A stretch of 64,000 nt of DNA from Longimicrobiales bacterium (GCA_965116905.1 OZ220732.1:608001-672000), one strand, 5' to 3'. Counted from the stretch's first letter, positions 18,727 through 29,467 are shown. Made by a program: numbers and translations. Notes: generated from the sequence alone by a model not told the origin.

Positions 18727-20613
18727 CTACCCCCCCGGATTCACCAGCACCGTCACATGCGTCGGATGCTCCGCTGACCGATAAACCCGCTTCGTCGCCT
18801 TCGCAAAATCCCCCTCCACCGCCTCGAAGATATTCGGCACCCACGTCTGCGGATTCCTGCCGATCACCGGGAACCACGTACTCTGCACCTGGACCATGAT
18901 CCGATGACCCGTCTGGAAGCGGTGGTCGCGGTCCCGCAGGCTGATCGTGTACGGGGTGATCTCATTCGGGACGACCGGCTCGGGCTCGCGGAAGCTGTTG
19001 CGGAAGCGCGCGCGGAAGACTTCGCCGGCCACCATGTACTGGTAGCCCCGCAGCGCCGGATTGGGGTGATCGTCGGGGTAGACGTCGATCAGCTTGACGA
19101 TCCAGTCGGCCCCGCTGCCGCTGGTCGAGGCGTAGAGATGGGCAACAATGTCGCCGGTGATCGCGAACCCCTCCTCCAGCGGCTCCGACTCCCAGGTCAG
19201 CACGTCCGGCCGGCCATCCACGAAGCGCTGGTCCTCGGCCTGCCAGTAGTGCCAGCGATCGTAGTGGATCGGCCGGTACTGGAACGGGACCGGATTGTCG
19301 GGGTCGGAGACGTACTCGTCGTAGGCGGTGTCGTCGCCCTCCGAGGCCGGCGGCGGGTCGAACGAGACCACGCCGTCGGCGCGCAGATAAACGTTCCTCG
19401 GCACCATCCCTTCGGCGGGCCAGCTGTCGTACTGCTTCCACTCGTTGGAGCCGGTCTGGAAGGTGATCGCCTCGGCGGCGGGCAGCGAGCCCTTGTCCTT
19501 CAGCCAGTAGGCGAACCACGGGGCGTGGATCTCGTCGCGGAAATACCGGGCGGTCTCGCTCTCCAGATCGAAGTCGAGCACCTGCCGGCCGGCCTCCTCG
19601 AAGGTCCAGCCGCCGTGCCGCCAGGGGCCGAGCACGAGGAAGTTCTCGTTGTCGTCGTCGTCCTCCTCGAGCTGCTTGTAGACCTCGATGGGGCCGTAGA
19701 AGTCCTCGGCGTCCCACCAGCCCGTGACATGAAGCGCCGGCACGGTCATGCCCTGCAGATACGGGAAGACGCCGCACATCTCCGTCTCCCAGTACTCGTC
19801 CATGTTGGGATGGGCCACGTAGTCGTTCCACATGCGCGAGTTGCCGTCGAGCATCTCGGTGACCCGCGAGAGCGGGCCCATCTCCAGGTAGCGCGTGTAC
19901 TTGTCCCAGGCGCCCTCGGGGGGCCACAGCTCGGGCGGCATCTCGAACCGTACGGCCGCCTCGTACGCGTAGCTGAACCGAAAGGCGCCGTTGTGGTGGA
20001 AGTCGTCGCCGATGAACATGTCGGCGCAGCTCGCCTGCGGTGAGACCGCGGCCAGCGCGGGGTGGGGGTCGACCATCGCGCGCGTGGCCAGGAAGCCGCC
20101 GTACGAGATGCCCCACGTGCCGACGCGGCCGTTGTTGCCGGGCACGTTGTTCACCAGCCACTCGATCGTGTCGTAGAAGTCGGTGGACTCGTCGGTGCCG
20201 TCCACGTCGCCGGGCTTGCGGTTGGGGCGCAGCGTCACGAATTCGCCCTCGGACTCGTAGCGCCCGCGCAGGTCCTGCAGCACGAAGATGTAGCCCTCAT
20301 CGAAGAACTCTTCGTACCAGTCCAGCCGGATCGAGTACTCCTGCTCCTGCGGGTTGGCGTAGTACGGAGTGCGCTCCAGCATGATCGGAAGCGGCTCGGC
20401 GTGGCCCCGCGGGATGTAGATCTCGGTGTGCAGGCGCACGCCGTCGCGCATGGGCACCATGACGTCCCACTTGGGCTCGAAGATGGCGGCCAGGTCGAGG
20501 TCGGCGCGGTCCTCGTAGCCGTACCGCGTCATGACCTCTTCCTGGGCCAGGGCGGGGGCAGGCGCGGCCAGCAGGGCGGCGGCAGCCAGGAGCCCGGCCG
20601 CCGCCAGGCGCAT
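18727..20613 (-). CDS. CocE/NonD family hydrolase (alpha-amino acid ester hydrolase/glutaryl-7-ACA acylase-like)
   Basis: PMRDGVRL, RTPY, WGISYGG, GDDFHHNGAF, GPWRHGGW. Confidence 0.92.
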   Translation of the reverse strand: MRLAAAGLLAAAALLAAPAPALAQEEVMTRYGYEDRADLDLAAIFEPKWDVMVPMRDGVRLHTEIYIPRGHAEPLPIMLERTPYYANPQEQEYSIRLDWYEEFFDEGYIFVLQDLRGRYESEGEFVTLRPNRKPGDVDGTDESTDFYDTIEWLVNNVPGNNGRVGTWGISYGGFLATRAMVDPHPALAAVSPQASCADMFIGDDFHHNGAFRFSYAYEAAVRFEMPPELWPPEGAWDKYTRYLEMGPLSRVTEMLDGNSRMWNDYVAHPNMDEYWETEMCGVFPYLQGMTVPALHVTGWWDAEDFYGPIEVYKQLEEDDDDNENFLVLGPWRHGGWTFEEAGRQVLDFDLESETARYFRDEIHAPWFAYWLKDKGSLPAAEAITFQTGSNEWKQYDSWPAEGMVPRNVYLRADGVVSFDPPPASEGDDTAYDEYVSDPDNPVPFQYRPIHYDRWHYWQAEDQRFVDGRPDVLTWESEPLEEGFAITGDIVAHLYASTSGSGADWIVKLIDVYPDDHPNPALRGYQYMVAGEVFRARFRNSFREPEPVVPNEITPYTISLRDRDHRFQTGHRIMVQVQSTWFPVIGRNPQTWVPNIFEAVEGDFAKATKRVYRSAEHPTHVTVLVNPGG

Positions 20614-20702
20614 GTGTGAGTATATGAGTATATGAGTAGGCATTGGAGATGCTGCCGTAGGTGTGTACACTGACTTGGATACCAATCGACAAGGAGCATC
20701 CC

Positions 20703-22124
20703 ATGACACGCAAGTTGCGGATCGCCGCAATCACGCTAACGACCGCGCCGCTCAGCCTGGCCATCGGAGCCTGCCAGCCCGACACCCCCAGCGAGCCCAC
20801 CTACAGGCAAACCGCTGCGGCAGAGGCAGACTTCCGCCTCAGATCCGACGTCGAAGCCGCCCTCCCCGCCCGTGCGGACGCCTTCGCGGCCGACCCCGAC
20901 GATGAAGACGCGCGACACGCCTACGCCGACATCCTCTTCAAGCTCGGCAACATGTGGGAGGCCGACGAAGTCATCGCACCCCTCGCCGACCCCTCCTCGT
21001 CCAACGTCGACGACCTCCAACTCGCCGCCCGCCTGGCCTACGTCCTCGGCCACTACACGCGCGCCGAGGCCCTCTACGACCGGCTGATGGACCTCACCGA
21101 AGACGGCTCCGAGGCCCACGCCGACGCCACGCGGGGCCTGGCCCTCACCTGGTACCAGACCAACCAGTTCGCCAAGGCGCCCGAGCTCCCGGCACCCGAG
21201 GACAGCGAGGGCATATCGAGCCTCATCGCTTTCATGCAGGCGTTTGAGGGCGAACCCTACGGCATCGAATGGACCACCGACGAGCGCATCTCGCACCTCC
21301 CGATGACCAACGACATCACGCAGCCTGGCGCCCTTCCCATCGTCGACCTCGAAGTCAACGGCCAGACCGTCTCGCTCATCCTCGACACCGGCGGCGACCG
21401 CCTCTACCTCGACAAGGGCATCTACGCGAGCCTCGGCCTCACCACCCTCACCAACCGCGAGGCCCGCTACGCCTACACCGGCGGCGCAACGGTCGAAGAG
21501 CCGCTCGGAGTCGCCGAAGCGGTCACCATGGGCGACGTCACCCTCACCAACGTCCCCGTCGTCGGCGCCACCTGGAAGGAACTCGGCCAGACCAGCGACG
21601 GCGTCCTCACCACGCAGCTGCTCAAGCAGTTCCTGAGCACGATGGACTACGACAACCGCCGCATCACCCTCCGCGAGCGCACCCCGGAAGCCCTCGCCCA
21701 GGTTATGACAAACTTTGCCAACCCGCCCCTCGAGGCGCCCTTCTTCATGACAACCACGCACCTCATGTTCGCGAAGGGCGACCTGAACGGCCACGAGATC
21801 AACTACTTCCTGGACTCCGGGCTGGCCATGAGCATGCCCATGATCGTGGTGGACGAAACGGTCGAACTCCTCGGTCTCGAGACCAACGACATCGAAGGCA
21901 CCCCCTACTACTGGACCGCCATCGAGTCCCACGGCCTCAACGGACTCGTGAAAGGCGCCACGCAGGCCATGGGCAACGTCTTCGTCGAGCAGGACTTCTT
22001 CTGGCAGGCCGGCTTCATGGCGGACGCCCTCATGTCCCACCAGTACCTCTGGCCCCTGGGCTCCTGGACGATCGACTTCGACAACATGACCTACTACTTC
22101 CCGGCCCCGGAGTCGGAGGAGTGA
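20703..22124 (+). CDS. Lipoprotein with TPR region and two retropepsin-like aspartyl protease domains
   Basis: Lipobox IGAC; TPR-like helices; LILDTGG and YFLDSG motifs. Confidence 0.8.
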   Translation: MTRKLRIAAITLTTAPLSLAIGACQPDTPSEPTYRQTAAAEADFRLRSDVEAALPARADAFAADPDDEDARHAYADILFKLGNMWEADEVIAPLADPSSSNVDDLQLAARLAYVLGHYTRAEALYDRLMDLTEDGSEAHADATRGLALTWYQTNQFAKAPELPAPEDSEGISSLIAFMQAFEGEPYGIEWTTDERISHLPMTNDITQPGALPIVDLEVNGQTVSLILDTGGDRLYLDKGIYASLGLTTLTNREARYAYTGGATVEEPLGVAEAVTMGDVTLTNVPVVGATWKELGQTSDGVLTTQLLKQFLSTMDYDNRRITLRERTPEALAQVMTNFANPPLEAPFFMTTTHLMFAKGDLNGHEINYFLDSGLAMSMPMIVVDETVELLGLETNDIEGTPYYWTAIESHGLNGLVKGATQAMGNVFVEQDFFWQAGFMADALMSHQYLWPLGSWTIDFDNMTYYFPAPESEE

Positions 22125-23278
22125 GAGTCGCGGCCTCCCTGTTGCTCGTGTCCTCCGCGTCGCTTGCGTTGCCCCCGGCCCCCGCAGCTGCCCAGTCCCT
22201 CCGCCCCTTCCCCCCGCCCTTCGAGATCCGCGTGCCCGTCCCGCCCGGCCCGCTCGTCTCCGGAGACACCCGCTACTTCGTCTACGAGCTCCTGATCACG
22301 AGCTTCCTGCCCGCCCCGGCGCAGGTGAGCCGAGTCGAGATCTTCGCCGAATCGGCAGAGGGACAGCGCCTGCTGGAGTACTCCGGCGAGGAGCTGGGCG
22401 CGAACATGCTTCCGCCGTTCGAGCAGGAGGACGATCCAGTCGCGCAGCGAACCATCGGGCCCAGGTCACACGGCGTGGTGTACGTGATGCTGCCCCTGCC
22501 GGCATCGACCGCCACCCCGCGGCAGTTCTTCCACCGCGTGTGGTTCGACCTTCCCGCGGGCGACTCCACCGAGGCCGACTACGTGGCCCTGGAGACGCCG
22601 ATCCACGAGGGCTCCGTGATCGAGATCGGGCCGCCGCTCCGGGGCGGACCCTGGGCGGTGTTCAACGGTCCCTCCAACGACTCCGGGCACCGCCGAATGC
22701 CGCTTCAACTCTTCGGACGCTCGGCGTTCGCGCAGCGGTACGCGATCGACTACATGCTGGTCGACGCCGAGGGTCGCGCCAGCCCGGTGGAGGGCGGCGA
22801 CAACGACACCTATCCGGGCTACGGCGAAGAAGTGATCGCCGTGGCGCATGGGGTGATCTCCTCGGTGCTCGACGGCGTCCCGGAGAACCGTCCCGGAGAG
22901 ACCTCCCGCCCCGCTGACTTCAACCTGTCCACCGCCATCGGCAACCACGTCATTCTGAACATCGGAGAGGGCCGCTACGCGCTGTACGCCCACCTTCTGC
23001 CCGGGAGCGTGCCGGTCCAGGTCGGCCAGCAGGTGCGGCGCGGCCACGTGCTCGGCCAGGTCGGCAACTCCGGCAACTCGGGAGGCCCGCACCTGCACTT
23101 CCACATCACCGACGAGAACGTGCCGCTCGGTGCGGAAGGGTTGCCGTTCGTGCACGACGCCTTCGACCTGCTGGGCTTCTGCCGCCAGGGACCAGCCGGA
23201 CCATGCGAGATGCACGAGCCCGAGACGCGGCGAGGCGAGACGCCGATGCGGGATCAGCTGATTCGGTTTCCAGAATAG
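22121..23278 (+). CDS. M23 family metallopeptidase
   Basis: GTG start overlapping upstream stop; YAID, GNHV, YAHL, GNSGNSGGPHLHF. Confidence 0.88.
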   Translation: MRVAASLLLVSSASLALPPAPAAAQSLRPFPPPFEIRVPVPPGPLVSGDTRYFVYELLITSFLPAPAQVSRVEIFAESAEGQRLLEYSGEELGANMLPPFEQEDDPVAQRTIGPRSHGVVYVMLPLPASTATPRQFFHRVWFDLPAGDSTEADYVALETPIHEGSVIEIGPPLRGGPWAVFNGPSNDSGHRRMPLQLFGRSAFAQRYAIDYMLVDAEGRASPVEGGDNDTYPGYGEEVIAVAHGVISSVLDGVPENRPGETSRPADFNLSTAIGNHVILNIGEGRYALYAHLLPGSVPVQVGQQVRRGHVLGQVGNSGNSGGPHLHFHITDENVPLGAEGLPFVHDAFDLLGFCRQGPAGPCEMHEPETRRGETPMRDQLIRFPE

Positions 23279-23295
23279 CGAGGAGCGATTCTTCC

Positions 23296-25527
23296 ATGAA
23301 TCACACACGCAAGCTCGCGCCCGGCGCAGTCCTGCTGGCGGTCGCCGCCACGAGCGCGACGCACGTCGCCGCCCAGGTCACCATCCACCGCGACCCCTGG
23401 GGCGTCCCCCACATCATCGCCGACACCGAGGAGGCCGGGTTCTACGGTCTCGGGTACGCCCAGGCCGAAGATCAACTTAAGTTCATCTTGAACATGTTTC
23501 TCGCGGGGCGCGGCGAGCTTGCGGCGGCATTCGGGGACGAACCGACCTCCGGTATCGGCGGCCCGCCCACCGCGAACGCGATCCCCACGGACATCCAGTC
23601 CCGCATTTGGCGACACGTCGAGGAGGCGCAGGCTGGATTTGAGCGGCTGAGCCCGCAGCTGCAACAGAACTACATCCACTACATCGCGGGCATGGAAGCC
23701 TGGATGGCCGAGCACCCGGACGACACCCCGGACTGGGCGCCCGACCTCGAACCCTGGGACCCGGTGGTGCTGTCGCGCTTCGTGCTCTGGCCCGGCTACC
23801 AGGCCGGACAGGGTCTGCAGGACTGCGCGCGCGGCGGCGTCCAACTCGCGGCCGCCGACCGAGACGCCCTCGCCCGAGCCGACCGGAACGCGTCCAACGA
23901 GTGGGTCCTGGCGCCGTGGCGCACCCGCGACAACGCCATGATCGTGCTCAGCGACCCGCACGGCGGGATCGACGGCGCCTTCACGTACGAGTCGCGCATG
24001 CACGCGGGCGATCTCCACGCGGCGGGCTACTCGCTCGGCCCCCTCCTGATCCTCACGCACACCCGCGACGTGTCCTGGGGGATGACCACCGGCGCCCCCG
24101 ATGTCGCCGACTGCTACGAGGTCGCGGTCGATCCCGCCGACTCGCTCCGCTACCGCTACGACCGTGAGTGGCGCCGGATGGAGACGCACGACGTCACGAT
24201 CGAGGTCCGGGGCGGCGACCCGGTCACGCGCACCTTCGCCTACACCCGCCACAACGACGTCATGTCCCCCGTCGTGGCCCGGCAGGACGGCAAGGCCTAC
24301 GTCGTGAGCACGTCGTACATGCACACCGCCGGCGACTTCGACCAGGAGGTCTACGAGATCAACCACGCGACCAACATCGCCGAGGTGAAGCTGGCCATGC
24401 GGCGGCTGGGCATGTTCCCCCAGAACCTCATGTTCGGCGACCGCCACGGCGACTCGTGGTACGTCCGCGCGGGCCGCACGCCGATGCGCCCCGACGGCCA
24501 CGACTGGAACCGGCCCGTGCCCGGCAACACGTCGGCGACCGCGTGGCTCGGCATTCACCCGCTGGGGGATCTTGTCCAGCTCGAGACCCCCGCCGCGGGC
24601 TACATGCAGAACAACAACATCGCGCCCGACGTCATGCTCGAGGACAGCCCGCTCACCGCCGACCGTTACCCGTCGTACATCTACAACGACACGCCGGGGC
24701 GCCGGAACTCGCGTGGCGTGCGCGCCGTTGATGTCCTCTCGGGTGCGTGGGACTTCACCTTCGACGACGCCGTCGAACTCTCACTCGACGAGATGTGGAT
24801 CGGAACCACGGCCTGGCAGGAAGCGCTGCGGCGGGCCCTTAACGCCGACCTCGACCGGGTTCAGGCCGCCTCGCCCCAGGTCCGCACCCTCGCGGCCCGC
24901 ATCCTCGGCTTCGACGGCCATGCCCGCCAGGAGTCCCGCGCCGCGCATGCCTACCTCGTCTGGCGCGAGCAGGTCTTCGCCCTCCCCGACCTCGACGACG
25001 CCGCCCGCGCGATCCTCACCGACCCGCTCTGGGAGAAGGACCCCGTCCCCACAGCGCTGCTCCCGCGCCTTCTCGACGCCCTCGACGCCACCGCCGCGTT
25101 CATGCTCGACACCTACGGCTCGATCGACCGCACCCTCGGCGACGTCTTCCGCATCGGCCGCGGCGGCCGCACCTGGCCTCTCGGCGGCCTCTCGATCGTG
25201 CCGCCCGCCGGCGGTGGGGTAGGCTGCGCGCTCGACCTCTCCTGCATCTTCACGCTGCGCGCCATGAGCACGTTCAGCCCGCCCGACTCGCTGGGCCTGC
25301 GCCATGTCGAGATCGGCTCGCGGCTCCTGCGCCTGGTACAGTTCACCGATCCCATCCGGTCGTACACGCTTCACAATTACGGCCAGAGCGAGAACCCCGA
25401 CTCGCCCTACTACGTCGACCAGGCCCGGCTCACGAGCGAGCGGCGCCTCAAGCCGACCTACTTCGTCACCGCGGAGCTCATGAACCATGTGGTCTCGACC
25501 AAAGTTGTGGACGTCATCGTGCCCTGA
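23296..25527 (+). CDS. Penicillin acylase family Ntn-hydrolase (S45)
   Basis: IHRDPWGVPHI, GYAQAED, SNEW autoproteolysis site, DPH, GQSENPDSPYY. Confidence 0.9.
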   Translation: MNHTRKLAPGAVLLAVAATSATHVAAQVTIHRDPWGVPHIIADTEEAGFYGLGYAQAEDQLKFILNMFLAGRGELAAAFGDEPTSGIGGPPTANAIPTDIQSRIWRHVEEAQAGFERLSPQLQQNYIHYIAGMEAWMAEHPDDTPDWAPDLEPWDPVVLSRFVLWPGYQAGQGLQDCARGGVQLAAADRDALARADRNASNEWVLAPWRTRDNAMIVLSDPHGGIDGAFTYESRMHAGDLHAAGYSLGPLLILTHTRDVSWGMTTGAPDVADCYEVAVDPADSLRYRYDREWRRMETHDVTIEVRGGDPVTRTFAYTRHNDVMSPVVARQDGKAYVVSTSYMHTAGDFDQEVYEINHATNIAEVKLAMRRLGMFPQNLMFGDRHGDSWYVRAGRTPMRPDGHDWNRPVPGNTSATAWLGIHPLGDLVQLETPAAGYMQNNNIAPDVMLEDSPLTADRYPSYIYNDTPGRRNSRGVRAVDVLSGAWDFTFDDAVELSLDEMWIGTTAWQEALRRALNADLDRVQAASPQVRTLAARILGFDGHARQESRAAHAYLVWREQVFALPDLDDAARAILTDPLWEKDPVPTALLPRLLDALDATAAFMLDTYGSIDRTLGDVFRIGRGGRTWPLGGLSIVPPAGGGVGCALDLSCIFTLRAMSTFSPPDSLGLRHVEIGSRLLRLVQFTDPIRSYTLHNYGQSENPDSPYYVDQARLTSERRLKPTYFVTAELMNHVVSTKVVDVIVP

Positions 25528-26086
25528 GGCGGGCGCGGGGTAAGCGGACCGGCGTCGAGTCGGCGAGAACGGGCGGACGGACGGGGCCGAGTGGGCGGGC
25601 GGCGTCGAGTGGGCAGACCGGGGGCGCCCATACGAGCATGCCGGTGTCCCTGGATTTGCCGCGGAAACGTGGGGGGGGCGATCCGAGGCAGCCGCCACCT
25701 CGGTGCCCCGCCAGCCGCATGCCGGACTGAGGCAACATCCGTTAGCCCACTGGCCCATCTCCGCAGCCCATCGCCCGGACCGATCCCGGGATCGCGCTTT
25801 CCGGCCACCCCGCTGTCCCAAACCGCCGAAACACAGGCCGATCCTGCTATAGACGGGTTTTGAAATGGCGGTTTCGGCGAGGTCCGGGACCGCGTCGTCA
25901 ATGCCGCCCAGGAGCCGCAGGTGGCCCGCTGGCGGGTGATCGGGCATCGGCGACCCTTCCACGTCATCCCGACCCGAGATCGTGCGTTCTGCGGCCGTAC
26001 GGAAGGCCGAAAATCCATGGTTAAATTTCAGGTGCGACAGTCTCACCACACATAAGCCGTTGCCGGACTTGAACCTGGAGGATCAC

Positions 26087-26455
26087 ATGAACACCACGCA
26101 ACTCGGAGAGCGGATCGCCGAACTCGCCGCCCGGATCAACATCGCCACCCACGAGATGCTCACCCTCGTCGCCGAGTTCGACCGCCGCGATGGGTGGGCC
26201 GACGCCTTCGACTCCTGCGCCGAGTGGCTCGCCTGGCGGACCGGGCGCACGGTCGCCACCTGCCGCGAGAACGTGCGCGTCGCGCATGCGCTCGAGGACC
26301 TGCCCGCCACCTCGGCCGAGATGAAGGCCGGACGGCTCTCCTACGCCAAGGCGCGGGCCATCACCCGGGTGGCCACACCACAGACCGAGGCGGAACTGCT
26401 CGACTACGCCCACAAGGGCTCGGCCGCGGCGGTGGAGCGCATGGTGTGGGGGGTG
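26087..26455 (+). pseudogene. DUF222 protein, N-terminal fragment
   Basis: GGAGGA RBS; AEFDRRDGW..FDSCAEWLAWRTG..RENVRVAHALEDLP..GRLSYAKARAITRVATP; similarity stops after VERMV. Confidence 0.85.
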
Positions 26456-26833
26456 CGGCACCGTGGGAAATGTCCCATAGTCCGCCGCTGTCCGATGTCG
26501 TCCGAGCCAGTACGTGGGCAGCTGGACGCCACCGCCAGCGGCACTGAAAACACCTCCCCAACGTCTTGGGCACGGTTTCGTCGGAGCTCGGCTTCGTAGG
26601 CCAGCCCGAACCACCGCCGCCAGCCACCGCGTGAAGTACCGAGCCTTGTCGGCGAAAGCTTGACGCTCGTCGAATACGCGCGATCGTGCGCAGGGTGCTG
26701 TCCTAATTGAGCATCTCCATCTCGAACGCATTGCCCGGGATGACGCAAATGCGGTGGGCGGAGATAGCCCTTGGCCGCACTCAGTTCTTCCCCTTCTTGG
26801 CCCCTCAGGCCACCATTCGAAGATTCATGGTCC

Positions 26834-27451
26834 TCAGCGGTCCAGGTGGTAGTTCACGGCGGTGACGAAGGTTCTTGCGACGCCGATGCCATCATGCTCT
26901 GATCGGAACAGGTCCCATTCTCTCAGGTTGATGCCGTACCGCAACTCCATCGTCACGCTGACGCGCTCGGTTGCTTGGATGGCGAGTCCAGCCCCGGCGA
27001 CAAAGCGTGCATCTTCCTCGGTCCCGTAGCACTCTCCCTCTGTTCCGCGGGTCAGGTTCTTCGCTCGACACCTGACCGGTATACCCCAGGTCGGACCGAA
27101 CATAAGCTGCAGGTCGAGTCCGTCTTGCCGCGCGACGCTTGCCTCTGCGATGACCGAGAAGTCGATGTGGTCTATCTGGTCACGGAACCTGTCGCCGCAG
27201 GGACCGGGACAATCGTAGTTTTCACGCCACAGCCAATAGCTTCCCTGCTTGTACGCAGCACCGAACCGAAAGCCGAAACGTTCGCTGACAGGAGCGTAGG
27301 CGGTAGCACCGACAGTCATCAGTGTCACTGGATGATCGCGGTAGTTGTCTTCGGGCCAAGTCGGCCCGCCCTGGACTCCGATTTCGGAGATTCCCGGTGG
27401 GAAGATGTACAGCAACACCCCCGAGACCATCAGCAATGCGAGGTTGTCCAT
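26834..27451 (-). CDS. Outer-membrane beta-barrel (porin-family-like) protein
   Basis: AGGAGG RBS; amphipathic beta strands, ELRYGINL, terminal aromatic strand. Confidence 0.6.
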   Translation of the reverse strand: MDNLALLMVSGVLLYIFPPGISEIGVQGGPTWPEDNYRDHPVTLMTVGATAYAPVSERFGFRFGAAYKQGSYWLWRENYDCPGPCGDRFRDQIDHIDFSVIAEASVARQDGLDLQLMFGPTWGIPVRCRAKNLTRGTEGECYGTEEDARFVAGAGLAIQATERVSVTMELRYGINLREWDLFRSEHDGIGVARTFVTAVNYHLDR

Positions 27452-27535
27452 AAGTCCCCCTCCTGTTCCAGAAGAACCGGCGGCCACCGGGCCAAGTCCG
27501 CATCCCGGTGGCCCCCCGCTCCTGACCTAATGTCC

Positions 27536-29260
27536 TTAGTACCCCACGTTCTGGATCCAAGTTCGTCGAATGTCGTCTGCGTCCCAATCGGACGGCTCGG
27601 AGGCGCCCTCGGTCGCGTTGTCCGGTGCACCGATGCCGGGAAAGTTCGAGTTGTGCACGATCTCGCTGACCCGGTTTTCGAGGCACCACACGAAATCCGA
27701 CACGTCGTTGCGTTTTGAGCCATCGACACGGCAAGTCCGGAGGACCTCGGATACATAGTGTGCTGGGTAGTTCGTTCGATCGTCTCCCTCGTCCGCCGAG
27801 TCGATCAGATCCGTGAACAGCGCGGCAACGTGGCCCTCGATCTTGCCCGGAATGCCGTTAGTATTCCGGAGTTTCTCCCATTGTCCCGGCTGCTGCCGGC
27901 CGATCGAGCCGGCGTAGCTTGCGAACCCCTCCTTGAACGCGCACTCGTACGATGTCGCTTTCCACACGCCGCCGCGGTCCTTGCCGCATCTCGAGGCACT
28001 CCATGTTCCGCCGAGCGACTTGTTGTGCAATGCGTGACCGTACTCGTGTCCGGCTACCTGCTGGCTCCAATAGCCTCCCTTATAGAAGGTGATTTTATCC
28101 CCGGTCCGTGAGTACGACCCGCCGCCGGAAGCGGACGAGTACTTGTAGTCCACGGCCGACCGCGACTGGTCGAAGTGGTCGTCGATGCGCGGTATCGACT
28201 GGCCCAGGTGGCGCCACGGCAGATACCACTTGTCGCTGATGACAAACAAGGACGTAGAACCGCAGTCGTCCTGGTCCACCTGGGTGCTTCCGATGGAGTG
28301 ATTCGCGTTGACTTCCGTGGTCGTGGGAACCGACCCGGCGACGTTCATGTACTCGGCATCCTCGTCCTCGGGACACGGGAACGTGATCAATCCGCTTTCG
28401 CCCACCTCCCTGATGATGATGTCCCCGGACCAGTCGCCGGGGTCGAGGTACATCGCCTGGACGTACGCTCCCGATGCGGCGTGGAAGCTGCCACCACTGT
28501 AGTAGCCGACCCTAACGCCGATGGAGTCGGACCCGCCATTGGCGCCCGCAGCGCTCGCGGTCATGTCGGCGCCGGTTGCGGTCCGGCTCTCGTACCTGGT
28601 GCGGAACGGGCCGGGTTGCGGGACGAGGTTGTCATCGAAAACCGACTCGTCGAATTCGTTGGTGACGCGGCCGCCTCCGTCCATCACAAGCAGCCATGCC
28701 TCGCCGTAGCCATCGTCGAATACATAGGGATCCCACTTGTCGTCAGGTCCCTGCGCATCGACATCTACAGCCACATGGTAGTAGCCCTTGTCGGGCAACT
28801 TGACGGCGACGGACCTCTTCCAGGTGCCGCCCTCGTCGAGGGCGGGTACCTCCCATTTTGCCACCACGGGCAGTTCCTTGCCAATCGGATAGTTCGGCCG
28901 ATTGCCCTCCCCGGCGTGATCCATCGCCGCCATCGTCGGCAATCGCATCCGCACTTCGCCGCCCGTCAGCTTCTCGGTGGCAACACCCTCGATCCAGATC
29001 GTGACCGTCTGGTGCGGCTCCAAGTCGCCTTCGACCTCCAGTGTGACTGCGAAACGTGATCGGAAGTTGTCGACCGATCCGCCGTCGTCAGCGGCGTGGG
29101 CAGCCGCAAGGCCGAGCTCATCGCCCCCGACATCCGGCTGCTCGACAGCGATGGGATCGTCGTCACAGGCTCCCACCAGGAGTACACCGCCAACGGACAG
29201 CACGACCTTCCAGAACCCGATAGTCCCGTTGAGGTTTCTGATCTCTTTTGGCCTGTTCAT
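27536..29260 (-). CDS. Lipoprotein with C-terminal zinc metallopeptidase motif
   Basis: GGAGG RBS, lipobox LVGAC, HEYGH plus downstream FKEGFA (gluzincin-like). Confidence 0.7.
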   Translation of the reverse strand: MNRPKEIRNLNGTIGFWKVVLSVGGVLLVGACDDDPIAVEQPDVGGDELGLAAAHAADDGGSVDNFRSRFAVTLEVEGDLEPHQTVTIWIEGVATEKLTGGEVRMRLPTMAAMDHAGEGNRPNYPIGKELPVVAKWEVPALDEGGTWKRSVAVKLPDKGYYHVAVDVDAQGPDDKWDPYVFDDGYGEAWLLVMDGGGRVTNEFDESVFDDNLVPQPGPFRTRYESRTATGADMTASAAGANGGSDSIGVRVGYYSGGSFHAASGAYVQAMYLDPGDWSGDIIIREVGESGLITFPCPEDEDAEYMNVAGSVPTTTEVNANHSIGSTQVDQDDCGSTSLFVISDKWYLPWRHLGQSIPRIDDHFDQSRSAVDYKYSSASGGGSYSRTGDKITFYKGGYWSQQVAGHEYGHALHNKSLGGTWSASRCGKDRGGVWKATSYECAFKEGFASYAGSIGRQQPGQWEKLRNTNGIPGKIEGHVAALFTDLIDSADEGDDRTNYPAHYVSEVLRTCRVDGSKRNDVSDFVWCLENRVSEIVHNSNFPGIGAPDNATEGASEPSDWDADDIRRTWIQNVGY

Positions 29261-29410
29261 GGCACCCTCCTGGGTATGGGTCCTACCGACCGCCCGGATC
29301 AGATGTCGAGTGAAATCCCGGTAGGGCCAAAGTTGGTCGCCGTGTGTTGGAGCACGTGTAGGCTCCCCAAACTCACTACTCCAGTATTGGCAACGGATTC
29401 CAGCGCTCAT

Positions 29411-29467
29411 AGAGGGAAAACCCGGTAGTTCGTAGGGGAAAACCCGGTAGTTCGTAGGGGAAACTCC
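29411..29467. promoter_or_regulatory. Triple GGGAAAACCC-type operator array, 22-bp period
   Basis: Copies at 29414, 29436 and 29458 (third degenerate); same motif at 40905-40959. Confidence 0.65.

Noticed and set aside
20617..20640. TGAGTATA x~3, and GGGAGCCCTAGC x2 at 31653-31679
   Set aside because: Short slippage-type duplications at gene boundaries with no further evidence of function
26460..26830. Possible gene remnant at the left edge of the cargo
   Set aside because: No frame gives a recognisable protein; cannot support a call
29411..29467. Short repeats as a CRISPR array
   Set aside because: Period is only 22 bp, the intervening sequences are identical, and there are no cas genes; fits an operator or tandem repeat
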